In this document: piece by piece, positions 39,920-50,001 of the stretch
Layout of the letters: every line of letters begins with the position of its first letter
Numbering within the stretch: position 1 is the first letter of the stretch
NCBI GenBank assembly: GCA_040766645.1
Contig: JAXGQA010000001.1
Coordinates: forward strand, 106,136 to 170,135
Origin: Christensenellales bacterium
Lineage (GTDB): Bacteria > Bacillota > Clostridia > Christensenellales > UBA1431
Length of the DNA stretch: 64,000 nucleotides
Reading direction: 5' to 3'
Notes under the pieces: model-generated
The model's database searches: none
Seen by the model: only the letters and a program-made list of their open reading frames with translations
Told to the model about the DNA's origin: nothing
Translations under genes and position numbers: made by a program

Positions 39920-40181
39920 CGGAGACTTCTCATGTATCATTCCGTCGTCGTCACCGTATCCGATATGGCCGCCGCCCGGCGCTTCTATGAAGCGGTGCAG
40001 GTCCGGGTCGTAAAAGCGTACGGCCCGCTGGCCCCACGCGTGCTGAACAGGCGCATGCAGGAGGCGGACGCCGGGAAAGCATGCGGACCGTTGTTTGGCG
40101 CTTTCTCGACGCCGGCCTTACGCCGGAGGAAACGGCATCGCGCACCCGGCACCCACTGGAATTCGTGATAAGCTGTATTTG

Positions 40182-40213
40182 AAAAGCCGCCGGTTCAAGC
40201 AGGCGGCTTTTTC
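40182..40213. terminator. Bidirectional terminator between cvpA side and parB
   Basis: Stem agccgcc/ggcggct with an A-run before and a T-run after. Confidence 0.7.
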
Positions 40214-40224
40214 TTGTACTCTAT

Positions 40225-40240
40225 TGTTTCACGTGAAACA
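40225..40240. promoter_or_regulatory. parS site (perfect palindrome TGTTTCACGTGAAACA)
   Basis: Second exact copy, 4 nt downstream of the parB stop codon. Confidence 0.85.
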
Positions 40241-40243
40241 AAC

Positions 40244-41110
40244 TTATTCGCCCTCCAGAAAGGCGTATATTCGCTCGATGTCCTCGCGGCTGTAATATTC
40301 AATGGTTATTTTGCCCCGATCCACAGTGCCCGCTATCTTTACACGGGTCCCCACAGCCGTCTGCAGGCGCTCCTGCATCTCGTCAAGCTCGGGCGCGAGG
40401 CGTGTCCGCGCTATTCTTTTTTGTCCCGGGGCGCTTCTTTGCTTCAGCGCCTCCATCTCACGGACCGAAAGCCCCCGCTCTATGGCGGTATTGGCCATCC
40501 ATGCCTGCAGCTCCGCGTCCTCAATGCCGGCCAGCGCCCGCGCGTGGCCCGCGCTCAGCGCGCCCGACCATATGTGCTCCTGTATGTCGGGCGGGAGCGA
40601 CAGCAGCCGCAGCGCGTTGGCGACCGCGCTCCTGCTCTTGCCGAGGCGCGCGGAAGCCTGCTCCTGCGTCAGGCTGTATTCGTCCATCAAAAACCGGATA
40701 CCGGCCGCCTCCTCCAGCGGGTTCAGGTCCTCGCGCTGGAGGTTTTCTATAAGCGATACCTCCACCTCTTCGCGGTCTTGATAGTCGGTCACTATGACCG
40801 GCACTTTTTCAAGGCCGGCCATCCGCGCGGCGCGCCAGCGGCGCTCCCCCGCGATAATCCTGTACCGCGCACCCGTTCTCTTTACGATAAGCGGCTGTAT
40901 CACGCCGTGCACCGCGATGGATTCGGCCAGCTCTTTGAGCGCTTCCTTATCGAAACGCTTGCGGGCCTGCGCCGGGTTGGTGTCGATGCTCCCGACGGGC
41001 GCCTCCAGCACGCCAGCGCCCGGATGGGCCTGCGTTTCCTCCTGCGGCTCGGCCGGCCCGATAAGCGCCTGAAGGCCCTTGCCCAGCCCACGCTGTTGTT
41101 TGGCGCTCAT
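40244..41110 (-). CDS. parB: Chromosome partitioning protein ParB/Spo0J
   Basis: GLGKGLQALI, IVKR...YRIIAGERRWRAA, HTH region. The start overlaps the parA stop (TAATG). Confidence 0.9.
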   Translation of the reverse strand: MSAKQQRGLGKGLQALIGPAEPQEETQAHPGAGVLEAPVGSIDTNPAQARKRFDKEALKELAESIAVHGVIQPLIVKRTGARYRIIAGERRWRAARMAGLEKVPVIVTDYQDREEVEVSLIENLQREDLNPLEEAAGIRFLMDEYSLTQEQASARLGKSRSAVANALRLLSLPPDIQEHIWSGALSAGHARALAGIEDAELQAWMANTAIERGLSVREMEALKQRSAPGQKRIARTRLAPELDEMQERLQTAVGTRVKIAGTVDRGKITIEYYSREDIERIYAFLEGE

Positions 41111-41883
41111 TACGAAGCCTCCTCGTTGTTCTGGATTATCTCCTCGGCCAGATATTCGTACGCGCGGGCGCCGGCGCACTGCGGGTCGTAAAGCATTATG
41201 GGCTTCCCGAAGCTGGGCGCCTCCCCCAGCCGGACGTTTCTCGGGACCAGCGAACTGAACACCTTGTGCCTGAAAAACGCCTTCACCTCGTCCACCACCT
41301 GCACCGACAGTCGGGTGCGCGGGTCAAACATGGTCAGGAGCACGCCCTCTATCTCAAGGCCGGTGTTCAGGTGCTTTTTGACCAGCCGTATGGTGTCCAC
41401 CAGCTGGGTCACGCCCTCCAGCGCGTAGTACTCGCACTGTATGGGCACGATGACCGTATCGGCCGCGGTCAGCGCGTTCACGGTCAGCAGCCCGAGGGAG
41501 GGAGGACAGTCCATCAGGATATAGTCGTACTCCCCGCGCACGGCGTCCAGCGCTTCCTTTATGACGTACTCGCGCTTCTCCATGTGCACCATCTCGACCT
41601 CGGCCCCGGCCAGCTTTATGGCCGACGGGACCGCGAAAAGGCCCTCAATCTGTGTTGCCTGCACAGCTTCTTTTATGTTCGCTCCGTTTATCAGCACGTC
41701 GTAGACCGACAATTGCGCCTTCTTTTTATCGATGCCAAGGCCGCTAGTGGTGTTCCCCTGCGGGTCCGTATCCACGACCAGCACCCGCCTGCCCTGCAGG
41801 GCCAGGGCCGCGCTGCAGTTCACCGCCGTCGTCGTTTTCCCCACTCCGCCCTTTTGGTTGGCCACGGCCATCACTTTGGACAA
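41110..41883 (-). CDS. soj: Chromosome partitioning ATPase ParA/Soj
   Basis: Deviant Walker A ANQKGGVGKTTT. TTG start with an AGGAG RBS. Confidence 0.9.
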   Translation of the reverse strand: MSKVMAVANQKGGVGKTTTAVNCSAALALQGRRVLVVDTDPQGNTTSGLGIDKKKAQLSVYDVLINGANIKEAVQATQIEGLFAVPSAIKLAGAEVEMVHMEKREYVIKEALDAVRGEYDYILMDCPPSLGLLTVNALTAADTVIVPIQCEYYALEGVTQLVDTIRLVKKHLNTGLEIEGVLLTMFDPRTRLSVQVVDEVKAFFRHKVFSSLVPRNVRLGEAPSFGKPIMLYDPQCAGARAYEYLAEEIIQNNEEAS

Positions 41884-42018
41884 TGCCTCTCACTCCTGCG
41901 TTTCATTGAATATATCAATTATATGATATATTCCAATCGACAACAAGGAAAAAAGCCTGTCCAGCCAGCCATATGGCGCGAACAGGCTCCTTTCCAGGGC
42001 AGCATTTCCCCCGAAGGC

Positions 42019-42888
42019 TTACTTTATCTCCCTTCCTTTATATTCTTCGCCTTTCAGCTTTTTGACGATCACGATTTTTATCTCCACGGCCTCCCCCAGA
42101 TCCTTGGTAGCCACGCTCGCATTCACGCCCTGGTCGTTAATCTGCTTGACCGTGCTGCGTATGGTGTTGACGAACAGGCGGTAATCACGGTGCAAAAGCC
42201 GGACCTTTGCGCGCTTGGCGTCGGACGCGGCCTCCTCCACCGCGCGCTCGACCAGCGCTTCGGTCTGCTTGACCGATAGCGCGTTGTACGCCGCCTTCTG
42301 CGCGATTTCCAGCTGCTTTTTTTCGTCAGCCAGCCGCAGCAGCGCCCGGACGTGCCGTTCGCTCAGCCCATTCCGCTCCGCGAAGTCGCGGACCTCCGGC
42401 CCGATCCGCAAAAGCCGGATTTTGTTGGCGATGGTGGACTGGTTTTTCCCCAGCTCGCGAGCAAGCTCCTCCTGCGTCATCCCGTGGTCGCGCAGTATCT
42501 CGAAATAGGCCTGCGCCTCGTCAAAAAAGCTCAGGTCCTCGCGCTGGAGGTTTTCGACGATGGCGATAAGCGCACTCTCCTTTTTGGGCGTGGGCAAAAC
42601 GATGGCGCTTATCTGGGCCAGGCCCGCTTTTTTTGCGGCCCGCAATCTCCTTTCCCCGGCAATAAGCTCATACTTGTCCCCGCTCAGCCTGCGGACAGAT
42701 ATGGGCTGGAGCAGGCCAAAATGCCGGATGGATTCAGCCAGCTCGTCCAAAGCCTGCTCGTTGAACGTGCGCCTCGGCTGGGACGGGTTGGGCATGATGT
42801 TCTCCAGGGGTATGCTCACAAGCTTCTGCCCGTTCAAGCCCTTGTCCTTCGAGCGCTTGTCCTTTCCGATATCCATCAGATTCAGCAT
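42019..42888 (-). CDS. noc: ParB-like nucleoid occlusion protein (Noc-type paralogue)
   Basis: NP.QPRR.F....L.ELAESI...G.LQPI.VR, AGERRLRAAK. Its position between rsmG and soj matches Bacillus. Confidence 0.8.
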   Translation of the reverse strand: MLNLMDIGKDKRSKDKGLNGQKLVSIPLENIMPNPSQPRRTFNEQALDELAESIRHFGLLQPISVRRLSGDKYELIAGERRLRAAKKAGLAQISAIVLPTPKKESALIAIVENLQREDLSFFDEAQAYFEILRDHGMTQEELARELGKNQSTIANKIRLLRIGPEVRDFAERNGLSERHVRALLRLADEKKQLEIAQKAAYNALSVKQTEALVERAVEEAASDAKRAKVRLLHRDYRLFVNTIRSTVKQINDQGVNASVATKDLGEAVEIKIVIVKKLKGEEYKGREIK

Positions 42889-43037
42889 GCTGCTCTCCCC
42901 CTTAAAAAAAGATGCATAGAATTATTCTATGCATTCCTTCTCTATTCCTTTATAAACGCAAAACTCGTACGTTTTCGTTAAACGTTCCTGTTTAACGCCT
43001 GTTTATTCGCAATATTACCCTGTTTCGTGCTTTTTCG

Positions 43038-43751
43038 CTATGACAACGGAGACTTTACGGGCTTGCCCGGCCGCCGCGGATAGGCATTCGGCGTCTCCCT
43101 TTCCTTTATTGCCACCACAAATCTGTGCATGCGTCCCGGAACCCCGGCGGGCAGCACGCTCGCCCCGCCTCCGCCCAGCAGCGTCAGCGCCTCCGACGCG
43201 GCGTCCGCCTCGGCCTGCGCCCCTTCCCCCTTGAACGCTATGAGCCGGCCGCCCACCCGAAGCAGCGGCAGCGCGTATTCATACACCACACTGATGGGCG
43301 CGAGTGCGCGGGCCACCGCGGTGTCGAACGTCCCTCTGTATCGCGGGTCCCGTCCGGCCTCCTCCGCGCGCAAATGCACGGCCTCTGCGTTATCCAGTCC
43401 CAGCGCCTCGATGGTGCCGCGCAGGAAATCCACCCTCCTTTTCAGGGAGTCCATCAGCGTGAAGCGGACGCCGGGCAGGGCGATGCTCAGCGCAAGGCCG
43501 GGGAAGCCCGCGCCGCTCCCGATGTCGCACACCCGCCCGGCCCCTTCCAGATGCGGCAGGGCGGACAGCGAATCGGCAAAACTTAAAAGCGGGGCATCCG
43601 CCTCGCCGATGGCGGTCAGGCCCAGCGCGGGGTTTTGCGCGTACACCCTTTGGTGGAAGGCAAAAAGCTTATCCAGCAGCGCGTCATCCGAAGGCCGGCC
43701 CATTTGATGAAGGATGCCGCCCAGTGCGGTTTTAAATTCGTTCCCGTTCAT
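43038..43751 (-). CDS. rsmG: 16S rRNA m7G527 methyltransferase
   Basis: SAM motif [11 protein letters not shown]. The ATG overlaps the mnmG stop (ATGA). Confidence 0.9.
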   Translation of the reverse strand: MNGNEFKTALGGILHQMGRPSDDALLDKLFAFHQRVYAQNPALGLTAIGEADAPLLSFADSLSALPHLEGAGRVCDIGSGAGFPGLALSIALPGVRFTLMDSLKRRVDFLRGTIEALGLDNAEAVHLRAEEAGRDPRYRGTFDTAVARALAPISVVYEYALPLLRVGGRLIAFKGEGAQAEADAASEALTLLGGGGASVLPAGVPGRMHRFVVAIKERETPNAYPRRPGKPVKSPLS

Positions 43752-45634
43752 GCCTGGCTCCCCTCCCGCCGCAGGCGTTCCAGCCAGACCATTAAAAGGG
43801 CCACGTCGGCCGGGGAAACGCCGGATATCCGCGCGGCCTGCGCCAGCGACCGGGGCCTTACGGCCTCCAGCTTTTCCGCCGCCTCGGCGCTCAGGCCGGC
43901 GATTGCCGCGTAATCGAACGTTTCGGGTATGGTACGGGCCTCCATGCGCCGCAGCCGCTGCACCTGCCGCCGCTGCCGCTCGATGTACCCGCCGTAGCGC
44001 AATTCTGTTTCGACCTGCTCGCACACCTCCGGCGCGAGCGCGGGGAGGCTGTCCCGGAGGGCGCAAAGGTCACCGTAGCCGATGCCGGGGCGTTGGAGCA
44101 GCTCGCGCACGCCGGCCCCGGCCGCGACCGGCGGGTGGCCGTGCTCTGAAAGCAGGGCGTTGAGCGCCGGCGTGGGCGGCAGCACGCATTTTTCGAGACA
44201 TTTAAGCGCCTCCTCCACCGCCGCGCGCTTTTCCTCCATCCGCGCGTACCGTTGGCCCGACGCCAGCCCGATGTCGTATCCGACAGGGGTCAGCCGAAGG
44301 TCGGCGTTGTCGTGGCGCAGCAGCAGGCGGTATTCGGCCCGCGAGGTCATCATGCGGTACGGCTCCTCCGTCCCCTTGGTGACCAGATCGTCTATCAGCA
44401 CGCCGATGTAGCCTTGTGACCGCGACAGCACGACCGGGTCCCTGCCCCGTATCCCCCGTGCGGCGTTGATGCCGGCCATAATACCCTGCGCGGCCGCCTC
44501 CTCGTAGCCCGACGAACCGTTCACCTGCCCGGCGAAGTACAGCCCTCTTATCGTCTTACATTCGAGCGTCGGATGGAGCGCCCGAGCGTCGATGCAGTCG
44601 TAAGCGATAGCGTAGGCGCTGCGCATGATACGCGCGCGCTCCAGGCCAGGGATAGTCCTGAGCATCTGGACCTGCACGTCCTCGGGAAGCCCCGAAAAAA
44701 GCCCCTGCAGATACATCTCCCGCGATTCCAGCGACTCGGGCTCCACGAACACCTGATGCCGCTCCCGGCCGGGGAAGCGCAGCACCTTTTCCTCTATGGA
44801 CGGACAGTACCGCGGCCCGGGCGCACCGCCCCTGCCCAGCGTCATCGGGGACCGCTCAAGGTTATCGCGCACCAGCCTGTGCGTTTGCGGGTTGGTATAG
44901 GTGAGGTAGCTGGGGGTGTCGCCCCTGTTGGGCGCGTCGGTCAGAAAAGAGAACGCGCGGGGGACGGCGTCGCCCTCCCAGCGTTCCATGCGGGCATAGT
45001 CCACCGTATCCGCGTGCACGCGGGGCGGCGTGTCGGTCTTGAACCGTTTCAGGGGCAGCCCGGCTTCGAGCAGCGCGTCGGTCAGATACACGGCCGCGCG
45101 CAGGCCCCCCGGCCCCCCCGGGGTACTGTATGTCCCGCGGAATATTTCGCCGCCCAGGTAGACGCCGGTGCAGACAATGACGGCTTTGGCTTCGTATTCC
45201 GCGCCCTCGGCCGTTTCCACGCCGCGCACCCGCCCGCCTTCCAGCAGGATACGCTTTACCTCGCCCTCGTGCAGGTGCAGACGCTCCTGCGCTTCCAGCA
45301 TGCCGCGCATCACCCGCTGGTATTTGAGCTTGTCCACCTGCAGGCGCAGAGAATGCACGCCCGGGCCTTTGGAGGTGTTGAGCATGCGGCTCTGGAGCAT
45401 GGCTGCGTCGGCGGCCAGGCCCATCGCCCCGCCCAGAGCGTCCAGCTCCCGGACCAGCGTGCCCTTGGCCGTGCCTCCCACCGCCGGGTTGCAGGGCATG
45501 AGGGCCACGGCGTCCAGGCTGAGGGTGAGCGCCAGCGTGTCGCAGCCCAGCCGCGCGCAGGCCAGCGCGGCCTCGCAGCCCGCGTGTCCCGCCCCTATCA
45601 CGATGCAGTCGTATGTCCCCGCCCTGTACGCCAC
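43748..45634 (-). CDS. mnmG: tRNA uridine 5-carboxymethylaminomethyl modification enzyme MnmG (GidA)
   Basis: [19 protein letters not shown] motif. GTG start with a GGAGG RBS 7 nt upstream. Confidence 0.9.
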   Translation of the reverse strand: MAYRAGTYDCIVIGAGHAGCEAALACARLGCDTLALTLSLDAVALMPCNPAVGGTAKGTLVRELDALGGAMGLAADAAMLQSRMLNTSKGPGVHSLRLQVDKLKYQRVMRGMLEAQERLHLHEGEVKRILLEGGRVRGVETAEGAEYEAKAVIVCTGVYLGGEIFRGTYSTPGGPGGLRAAVYLTDALLEAGLPLKRFKTDTPPRVHADTVDYARMERWEGDAVPRAFSFLTDAPNRGDTPSYLTYTNPQTHRLVRDNLERSPMTLGRGGAPGPRYCPSIEEKVLRFPGRERHQVFVEPESLESREMYLQGLFSGLPEDVQVQMLRTIPGLERARIMRSAYAIAYDCIDARALHPTLECKTIRGLYFAGQVNGSSGYEEAAAQGIMAGINAARGIRGRDPVVLSRSQGYIGVLIDDLVTKGTEEPYRMMTSRAEYRLLLRHDNADLRLTPVGYDIGLASGQRYARMEEKRAAVEEALKCLEKCVLPPTPALNALLSEHGHPPVAAGAGVRELLQRPGIGYGDLCALRDSLPALAPEVCEQVETELRYGGYIERQRRQVQRLRRMEARTIPETFDYAAIAGLSAEAAEKLEAVRPRSLAQAARISGVSPADVALLMVWLERLRREGSQA

Positions 45635-45645
45635 GTCCTTTCCTC

Positions 45646-46992
45646 CTATTTCCCGATGCAGAATTTCTCGAACACGCGCTCCAGGACTTCCTCGTCCACC
45701 GTGCGACCGGTGATCTCCCCCAGCGCGTGTGCGCACTCGGCAAGGTCTATGGACACGAGGTCAGGGGGCAGTCCGTTCATTGCGCCGTTATGCGCCTCCA
45801 TCAGGCTTTGCCGCGCCCGCTCCAGCGCGTCCTTCTGCCGCCGGTTCGCGAGAGTGACGCCGGACGGCGCGGTCCCCAGCGCGAATTTTATCAGCCGCTC
45901 GCGCAGCGCATCCAATCCTTCCCCGGTCAGCGCGCTGACGCGCAGCACGTCCGCTTCGGACAAGCCCAGTTCCGCCGGGTCCGCGCGGCCGATATCGCAC
46001 TTGTTCAAAAGCACCATCCGTGCGCGTTCCCGCGTGCCCTCGGCCAGGACGCGGTCTTCCTTTTCAAGCGGAGGCGCGGCCACCACCAGCGCGAGGTCCG
46101 CTTCCTCGCCCGCCCGGCGGGCGCGCAGCACGCCCTGACGCTCGGCCTCGTCGCCGGCTTCACGTATCCCCGCCGTGTCCATGAATTCAAAGGGCACGCC
46201 GCCGATATCGACGCGCTCGGTCAGCACGTCGCGGGTGGTGCCGGCCTGCGCGGTCACGATGGCGCGCTCGGCGCCCAGCAGCGCGTTATACAGCGTGGAC
46301 TTCCCCACGTTGGGGCGGCCGATGATGGCGACGCGCACGCCTTCATTGAGGAGCATGCCGCCGCGGGCCGTCGATAAAAGCGCGTCCATTTCCCCCAGCA
46401 GGCGCGCGGCCCCCTGGGCCACGGTTTGAGACGTTTCCGCCTCCGTGTCGTGCTCGGGATAGTCCACGCACGCCGCTATGTCGGCAAGGAGGCCGGTAAT
46501 GCCGTCCTCCATGGCCCTTATCTTTTGGTACAAACCCCCGCGCAGGCGCAAGAGCGCAGCTTGCGCGCTTCTTTGCGTCCGGGCCGAAACCAGCTCCATC
46601 ACCGCCTCCGCGCGGCTGAGGTCGATGCGCCCGTTGATAAACGCGCGGCGCGTGAATTCCCCCGGCTGCGCCATCCGAAGCCCCAGCCTCGATAAAAGCC
46701 CGAGCACGGCCTCCACGCCGGCGGGGGATGCGTGCAGATGCAGCTCGGCCACGTCCTCGCGCGTGTAGGTCCTGGGCGCCGGCATATAAACGGCCAGGCA
46801 TTCGTCCAGCACCCGCCCGTTTTCCAGCACCTCGCCGTACACGAGGGTGTGGGGTTTTTCAAGCGCTTCCGGACGGCTGAACACCGCCCGCAGGGCCTGG
46901 CCTGCGCGCGGCCCGATGATGCGGACCACGCACACGCCGCCAGCCCCGGCGGCCGAAGCGGGCGCAAATATCGTTTCGGCATAAGAGTCCAA
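45646..46992 (-). CDS. mnmE: tRNA modification GTPase MnmE (TrmE)
   Basis: G-domain [14 protein letters not shown] and the C-terminal CIGK. The TTG at 46992 has a GGGAGAG RBS. The ATG at 47025 is an alternative but lacks an RBS. Confidence 0.9.
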   Translation of the reverse strand: MDSYAETIFAPASAAGAGGVCVVRIIGPRAGQALRAVFSRPEALEKPHTLVYGEVLENGRVLDECLAVYMPAPRTYTREDVAELHLHASPAGVEAVLGLLSRLGLRMAQPGEFTRRAFINGRIDLSRAEAVMELVSARTQRSAQAALLRLRGGLYQKIRAMEDGITGLLADIAACVDYPEHDTEAETSQTVAQGAARLLGEMDALLSTARGGMLLNEGVRVAIIGRPNVGKSTLYNALLGAERAIVTAQAGTTRDVLTERVDIGGVPFEFMDTAGIREAGDEAERQGVLRARRAGEEADLALVVAAPPLEKEDRVLAEGTRERARMVLLNKCDIGRADPAELGLSEADVLRVSALTGEGLDALRERLIKFALGTAPSGVTLANRRQKDALERARQSLMEAHNGAMNGLPPDLVSIDLAECAHALGEITGRTVDEEVLERVFEKFCIGK

Positions 46993-47030
46993 TGGTACAC
47001 TCTCCCGCGTTTCTTTGCTAATCATCGCCT

Positions 47031-47063
47031 GAAAAAACGGAACTGCGCCGCCGGCGCAGTTCC
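47031..47063 (-). terminator. Strong stem-loop plus T-run between jag and mnmE
   Basis: 11-bp stem ggaactgcgcc/ggcgcagttcc, 3-nt loop, then gtttttt on the minus strand. Confidence 0.65.
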
Positions 47064-47116
47064 TCTATCCTGTCCCTGCCCGGCGCTTGCGCGTCCCGGC
47101 AAAAAGGCATCCTTTC

Positions 47117-47734
47117 TCACTTGGGCTTGATAACGACCCTGCGATAGGGCTCCTCCCCCTCGCTGTAGGTCGTAACGTACTCGTTGTTCTGGAGGGCCGC
47201 GTGCAGCACGCGCCGCTCATAGGGCTTCATAGGCTCTAAGGACACGCTCCGGCCGGTCGCCCGCGCGCGGCTCGCGTACTTGGTCGCCAGCCGCTCCAGC
47301 GTACGCTGCCTCTTGCTCCTGTAATTCTCGCTGTCCAGCATGATGCGCTTATATTCGCTCGCATTGCGGTTGGCCGCCAGATTCGCAAGGTACTGGAGCG
47401 CGTCCAGCGTGTCCCCGCGGTACCCGATGAGCATCCCCATGCTGTTGCTTCTGAGCGTGAGCTTGTAGCCGTCCTCGGTCTCGGTTTCCTCGATGTCCAC
47501 CCTGGCGCCCATCCGTTCACATACGCCGACGATAAAGTCGGCCGCTTTATTCCTGCTGCTGCTTTGCTTTTTGACGGCGGTCACCAGCGCGGGCTTTGCT
47601 CCCAGTCCGAAAAGTCCCTTGTTCCCTGTCGACTCGACGGTTATCTCGGCCTCGTCGGCGGTGACCCCCAGCTGGCTCAGCGCGTTCTCCACGGCTTCCT
47701 CTACAGTTTTGCCGGTTCCCTGAACCCTCTCCAT
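47117..47734 (-). CDS. jag: Jag/KhpB RNA-binding protein (Jag-N, KH, R3H)
   Basis: GKTVEEAVENALSQLG N-terminus and a C-terminal R3H-like region LEPM.PYERR..H. Confidence 0.85.
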   Translation of the reverse strand: MERVQGTGKTVEEAVENALSQLGVTADEAEITVESTGNKGLFGLGAKPALVTAVKKQSSSRNKAADFIVGVCERMGARVDIEETETEDGYKLTLRSNSMGMLIGYRGDTLDALQYLANLAANRNASEYKRIMLDSENYRSKRQRTLERLATKYASRARATGRSVSLEPMKPYERRVLHAALQNNEYVTTYSEGEEPYRRVVIKPK

Positions 47735-48720
47735 CAGTTACCCTCCTTCTTGTCGTCGGGCAATTCCCTGGTATCCTTCTTCTTCAAAAATGGCAGCTTG
47801 AGTCTTTTTTCTGTCCTTGGCGTTCCCTCTTTTTTCCTGAAATATGCGTTCATAGCCACCTGCTGGACTATGGAGATCATATTGGAAAAGGTCCAGTACA
47901 TCGCAAAGGCCGCGCCGCTCACCGCGCAGATGTACACCGAGAACAGCGGAAGGCCGTATTTCATGAGCTTGCCCTGCTGCTGTATCATGCCCGACCTGGC
48001 CTGATAGACGCCCATGAAATAGGCCGAAAGCCCGGATATGAGCGGCATCAGGAACCAGCCGTTGGACTGCTTGAACACGACGCCCAGCTGCGCGAAAAAG
48101 TTGGTTTCGCCGCCGAAGTCATACAGCGCCTTGGTGGACTGGATGGCCGCTTCATAGTTGAAGCCCGCAGGAAGGCTTGCCTTGAGCGCAGGCGTGGACT
48201 GCAAAATGTTGTTGAACTCCTGCGGGGACGGCAGAACGTTGGTCGTATGCTCTATGAAGGAAAGCGCGTCGGGCTGCCAGATGTTCTTGATCCACAGGAA
48301 CGAGGGCAGGTGCACTGTCGTGCCTTCCCGGGCCGCGTTGGCCACCATGTTCACCAGCTCGGTATTGGCCAGGGTCCGTACCGCGCCGAAAAGCGCAAAC
48401 AGGAAGACCATCTGCAAAAGCAGGGGCAGGCAGCTGGAAAACGGGTTCACGCCTTCCGATTTGTACAGTTCCGCTATCTTTTGCTTTTGCTTGTCGGGGT
48501 TGTTCGCGTAGCGCTCCTTGATCTTATCCATCTTGCCCTGGAGCCCGGTCATCCTGCGCATGGACAGCCGCTGCTTGATATCCAGCGGCAGCATCACTGC
48601 TTTCAAAAAGATAGTCACAATCAGTATGGCCAGCACGTAATCGTTGGTGACCGCAGCGTACAGCCATTTGATGGCCTCGCTGAAAAAACCTGCGATAAAA
48701 TTATTATAGAAAAAGTCCAA
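47734..48720 (-). CDS. yidC: YidC/Oxa1-family membrane protein insertase
   Basis: Multi-TM protein with PL..KQ..S...M, GVNP..SCLP.L.Q.P and a basic C-terminal tail. ATGA overlap with jag. Confidence 0.9.
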   Translation of the reverse strand: MDFFYNNFIAGFFSEAIKWLYAAVTNDYVLAILIVTIFLKAVMLPLDIKQRLSMRRMTGLQGKMDKIKERYANNPDKQKQKIAELYKSEGVNPFSSCLPLLLQMVFLFALFGAVRTLANTELVNMVANAAREGTTVHLPSFLWIKNIWQPDALSFIEHTTNVLPSPQEFNNILQSTPALKASLPAGFNYEAAIQSTKALYDFGGETNFFAQLGVVFKQSNGWFLMPLISGLSAYFMGVYQARSGMIQQQGKLMKYGLPLFSVYICAVSGAAFAMYWTFSNMISIVQQVAMNAYFRKKEGTPRTEKRLKLPFLKKKDTRELPDDKKEGN

Positions 48721-48779
48721 CGTCCGTTTCCTCCCAATAGTGTCGCTCTGCTAAAATCCGCCGCCGTCGTCTGCCCCCT

Positions 48780-48989
48780 TTACGGCACCGGGTCGTATCC
48801 TCCGCGGCTGAACGGGTTGCACCGCAAAAGCCGCCAGGCAGAAAGCCCAAGCCCCTTTATGGGACCGTGCTTTTTTATCGCCTCCACCGCGTACTGCGAA
48901 CAGGTCGGGTAGTATTTGCAGGTCCTGGGAAGCGAGGGGGAAATATGCTTTTGATAGAACCGGATCATACCGGTGAGCACGCGCCTCAA
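48780..48989 (-). CDS. yidD: Membrane protein insertion efficiency factor YidD
   Basis: IRFYQKHISP...CKYYPTCSQYA..AI.KHG. TTG start with a GGAGGAGG RBS. Confidence 0.85.
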   Translation of the reverse strand: MRRVLTGMIRFYQKHISPSLPRTCKYYPTCSQYAVEAIKKHGPIKGLGLSAWRLLRCNPFSRGGYDPVP

Positions 48990-48991
48990 CG

Positions 48992-49336
48992 CTACGCCTC
49001 CTCCCTGTACAAGCCGGACTTTTGCAGAAGATACCGCATCGTTTTCTGAATCTCTGCAAACGATACGCCGGCCAGCGAGGGCCGGGCGATGAACACCAGC
49101 CGGCACCCGGGCACAATTTTATCGATCTCCAGCCGGAACGCCTCCCGCATCCGGCGCTTAATCAGGTTGCGCGTGACGCTGTTTCCGACCTTCTTGCTGA
49201 CGCAGAAGCCGGCGGCCGTTATCCCGGCGTGGGGCGGGATGAAAAGCAGGAGCATCGTCTTGGAGCCTTTGGCCTTTCCCCGCCGATAGACGTATTGGAA
49301 CTCACGGTTCTTTTTGAGCGAATACCTTCTGTTCAC
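48992..49336 (-). CDS. rnpA: RNase P protein component
   Basis: LKKNREFQYVYRRGK, VSKKVGNSVTRN.IKRR.RE. The GTG start at 49336 has an RBS. The upstream ATG at 49372 abuts a hairpin and lacks an RBS. Confidence 0.85.
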   Translation of the reverse strand: MNRRYSLKKNREFQYVYRRGKAKGSKTMLLLFIPPHAGITAAGFCVSKKVGNSVTRNLIKRRMREAFRLEIDKIVPGCRLVFIARPSLAGVSFAEIQKTMRYLLQKSGLYREEA

Positions 49337-49372
49337 GCTTTCGCCTTCCCGCCGCCGGCTTTCAGCCGGCAT

Positions 49373-49396
49373 AAAAACAAAGGCCGTTCCCGGCCT
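49373..49396 (-). terminator. Short hairpin plus T-run overlapping the rpmH stop (attenuator between rpmH and rnpA)
   Basis: Minus strand aggccg-ggaa-cggcct then ttgttttt. Confidence 0.5.
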
Positions 49397-49529
49397 ATGC
49401 TGAAATAACTTTTCTTCCCTTGCGCCGCCTGCGGCTAAGGACAGCGCGTCCAGGCGTTGAGGACATTCTGGAGCGGAAACCGTGAACCTTTTTTCTCTTT
49501 CTCTTTTTGGGCTGATACGTTTGCAGCAT
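49395..49529 (-). CDS. rpmH: 50S ribosomal protein L34
   Basis: [44 protein letters not shown]. Confidence 0.9.
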   Translation of the reverse strand: MLQTYQPKKRKRKKVHGFRSRMSSTPGRAVLSRRRRKGRKVISA

Positions 49530-49601
49530 GCAATACACCTCTAATTTTCCCGATAAGCGCAAAAAAAGCCTGCGCATCGCTTTTTCACATACACACGAAG
49601 T

Positions 49602-49630
49602 ATTATAGTCGATGCGCTTTTTCGTGTCAA
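49602..49630 (-). promoter_or_regulatory. Consensus sigma-A promoter of rpmH (TTGACA-17-TATAAT)
   Basis: On the minus strand, ttgaca (49630-49625), an exact 17-nt spacer, then tataat (49607-49602). Confidence 0.7.
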
Positions 49631-49775
49631 TAAAAATGCGGGCGCAGTCGGAAAATAAGGCCTTATCTCAATTCGTTATAAGCATTGCACCCACCCCTCT
49701 TATTTGATATTATAATGTACACGTGTATGGTGTGCAGGACCATCCGATTATACTATGATGTATACCTTTGCAATA

Positions 49776-49816
49776 TGTGGATAACTGTGTGGAAAACCTG
49801 TAAGAGCTGTGGATTA
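49776..49816 (+). promoter_or_regulatory. DnaA-box cluster (oriC, dnaA-upstream part)
   Basis: TGTGGATAA at 49776-49784 (perfect), TGTGGAAAA at 49788-49796 and TGTGGATTA at 49808-49816 (one mismatch each). All are in the same orientation, in an AT-rich spacer. Confidence 0.8.
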
Positions 49817-50001
49817 ACCCTCTTTTTCCTGTTTTTCCCGGCGGTCGGTGCTGGAATAATCGGATGGAAGCGTTGTTTAAAATGTTGAGACGGTCATCAA
49901 CAGCACCAATAAGGCTGTGAGATACCATTTTAATGCATGCATAAAGGGTCGTTACCCGGTAACACAAACCCTTTTTTTATTGAAGGGAGGCGGCAGGCGC
50001 T

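Noticed and set aside
39932-40168. 78-codon ORF between the two parS sites as a real gene
   Set aside because: It has no RBS. Only the first 20 or so residues look VOC-like, and the rest is Arg/Ala/Pro-rich. It is probably a remnant or non-coding.
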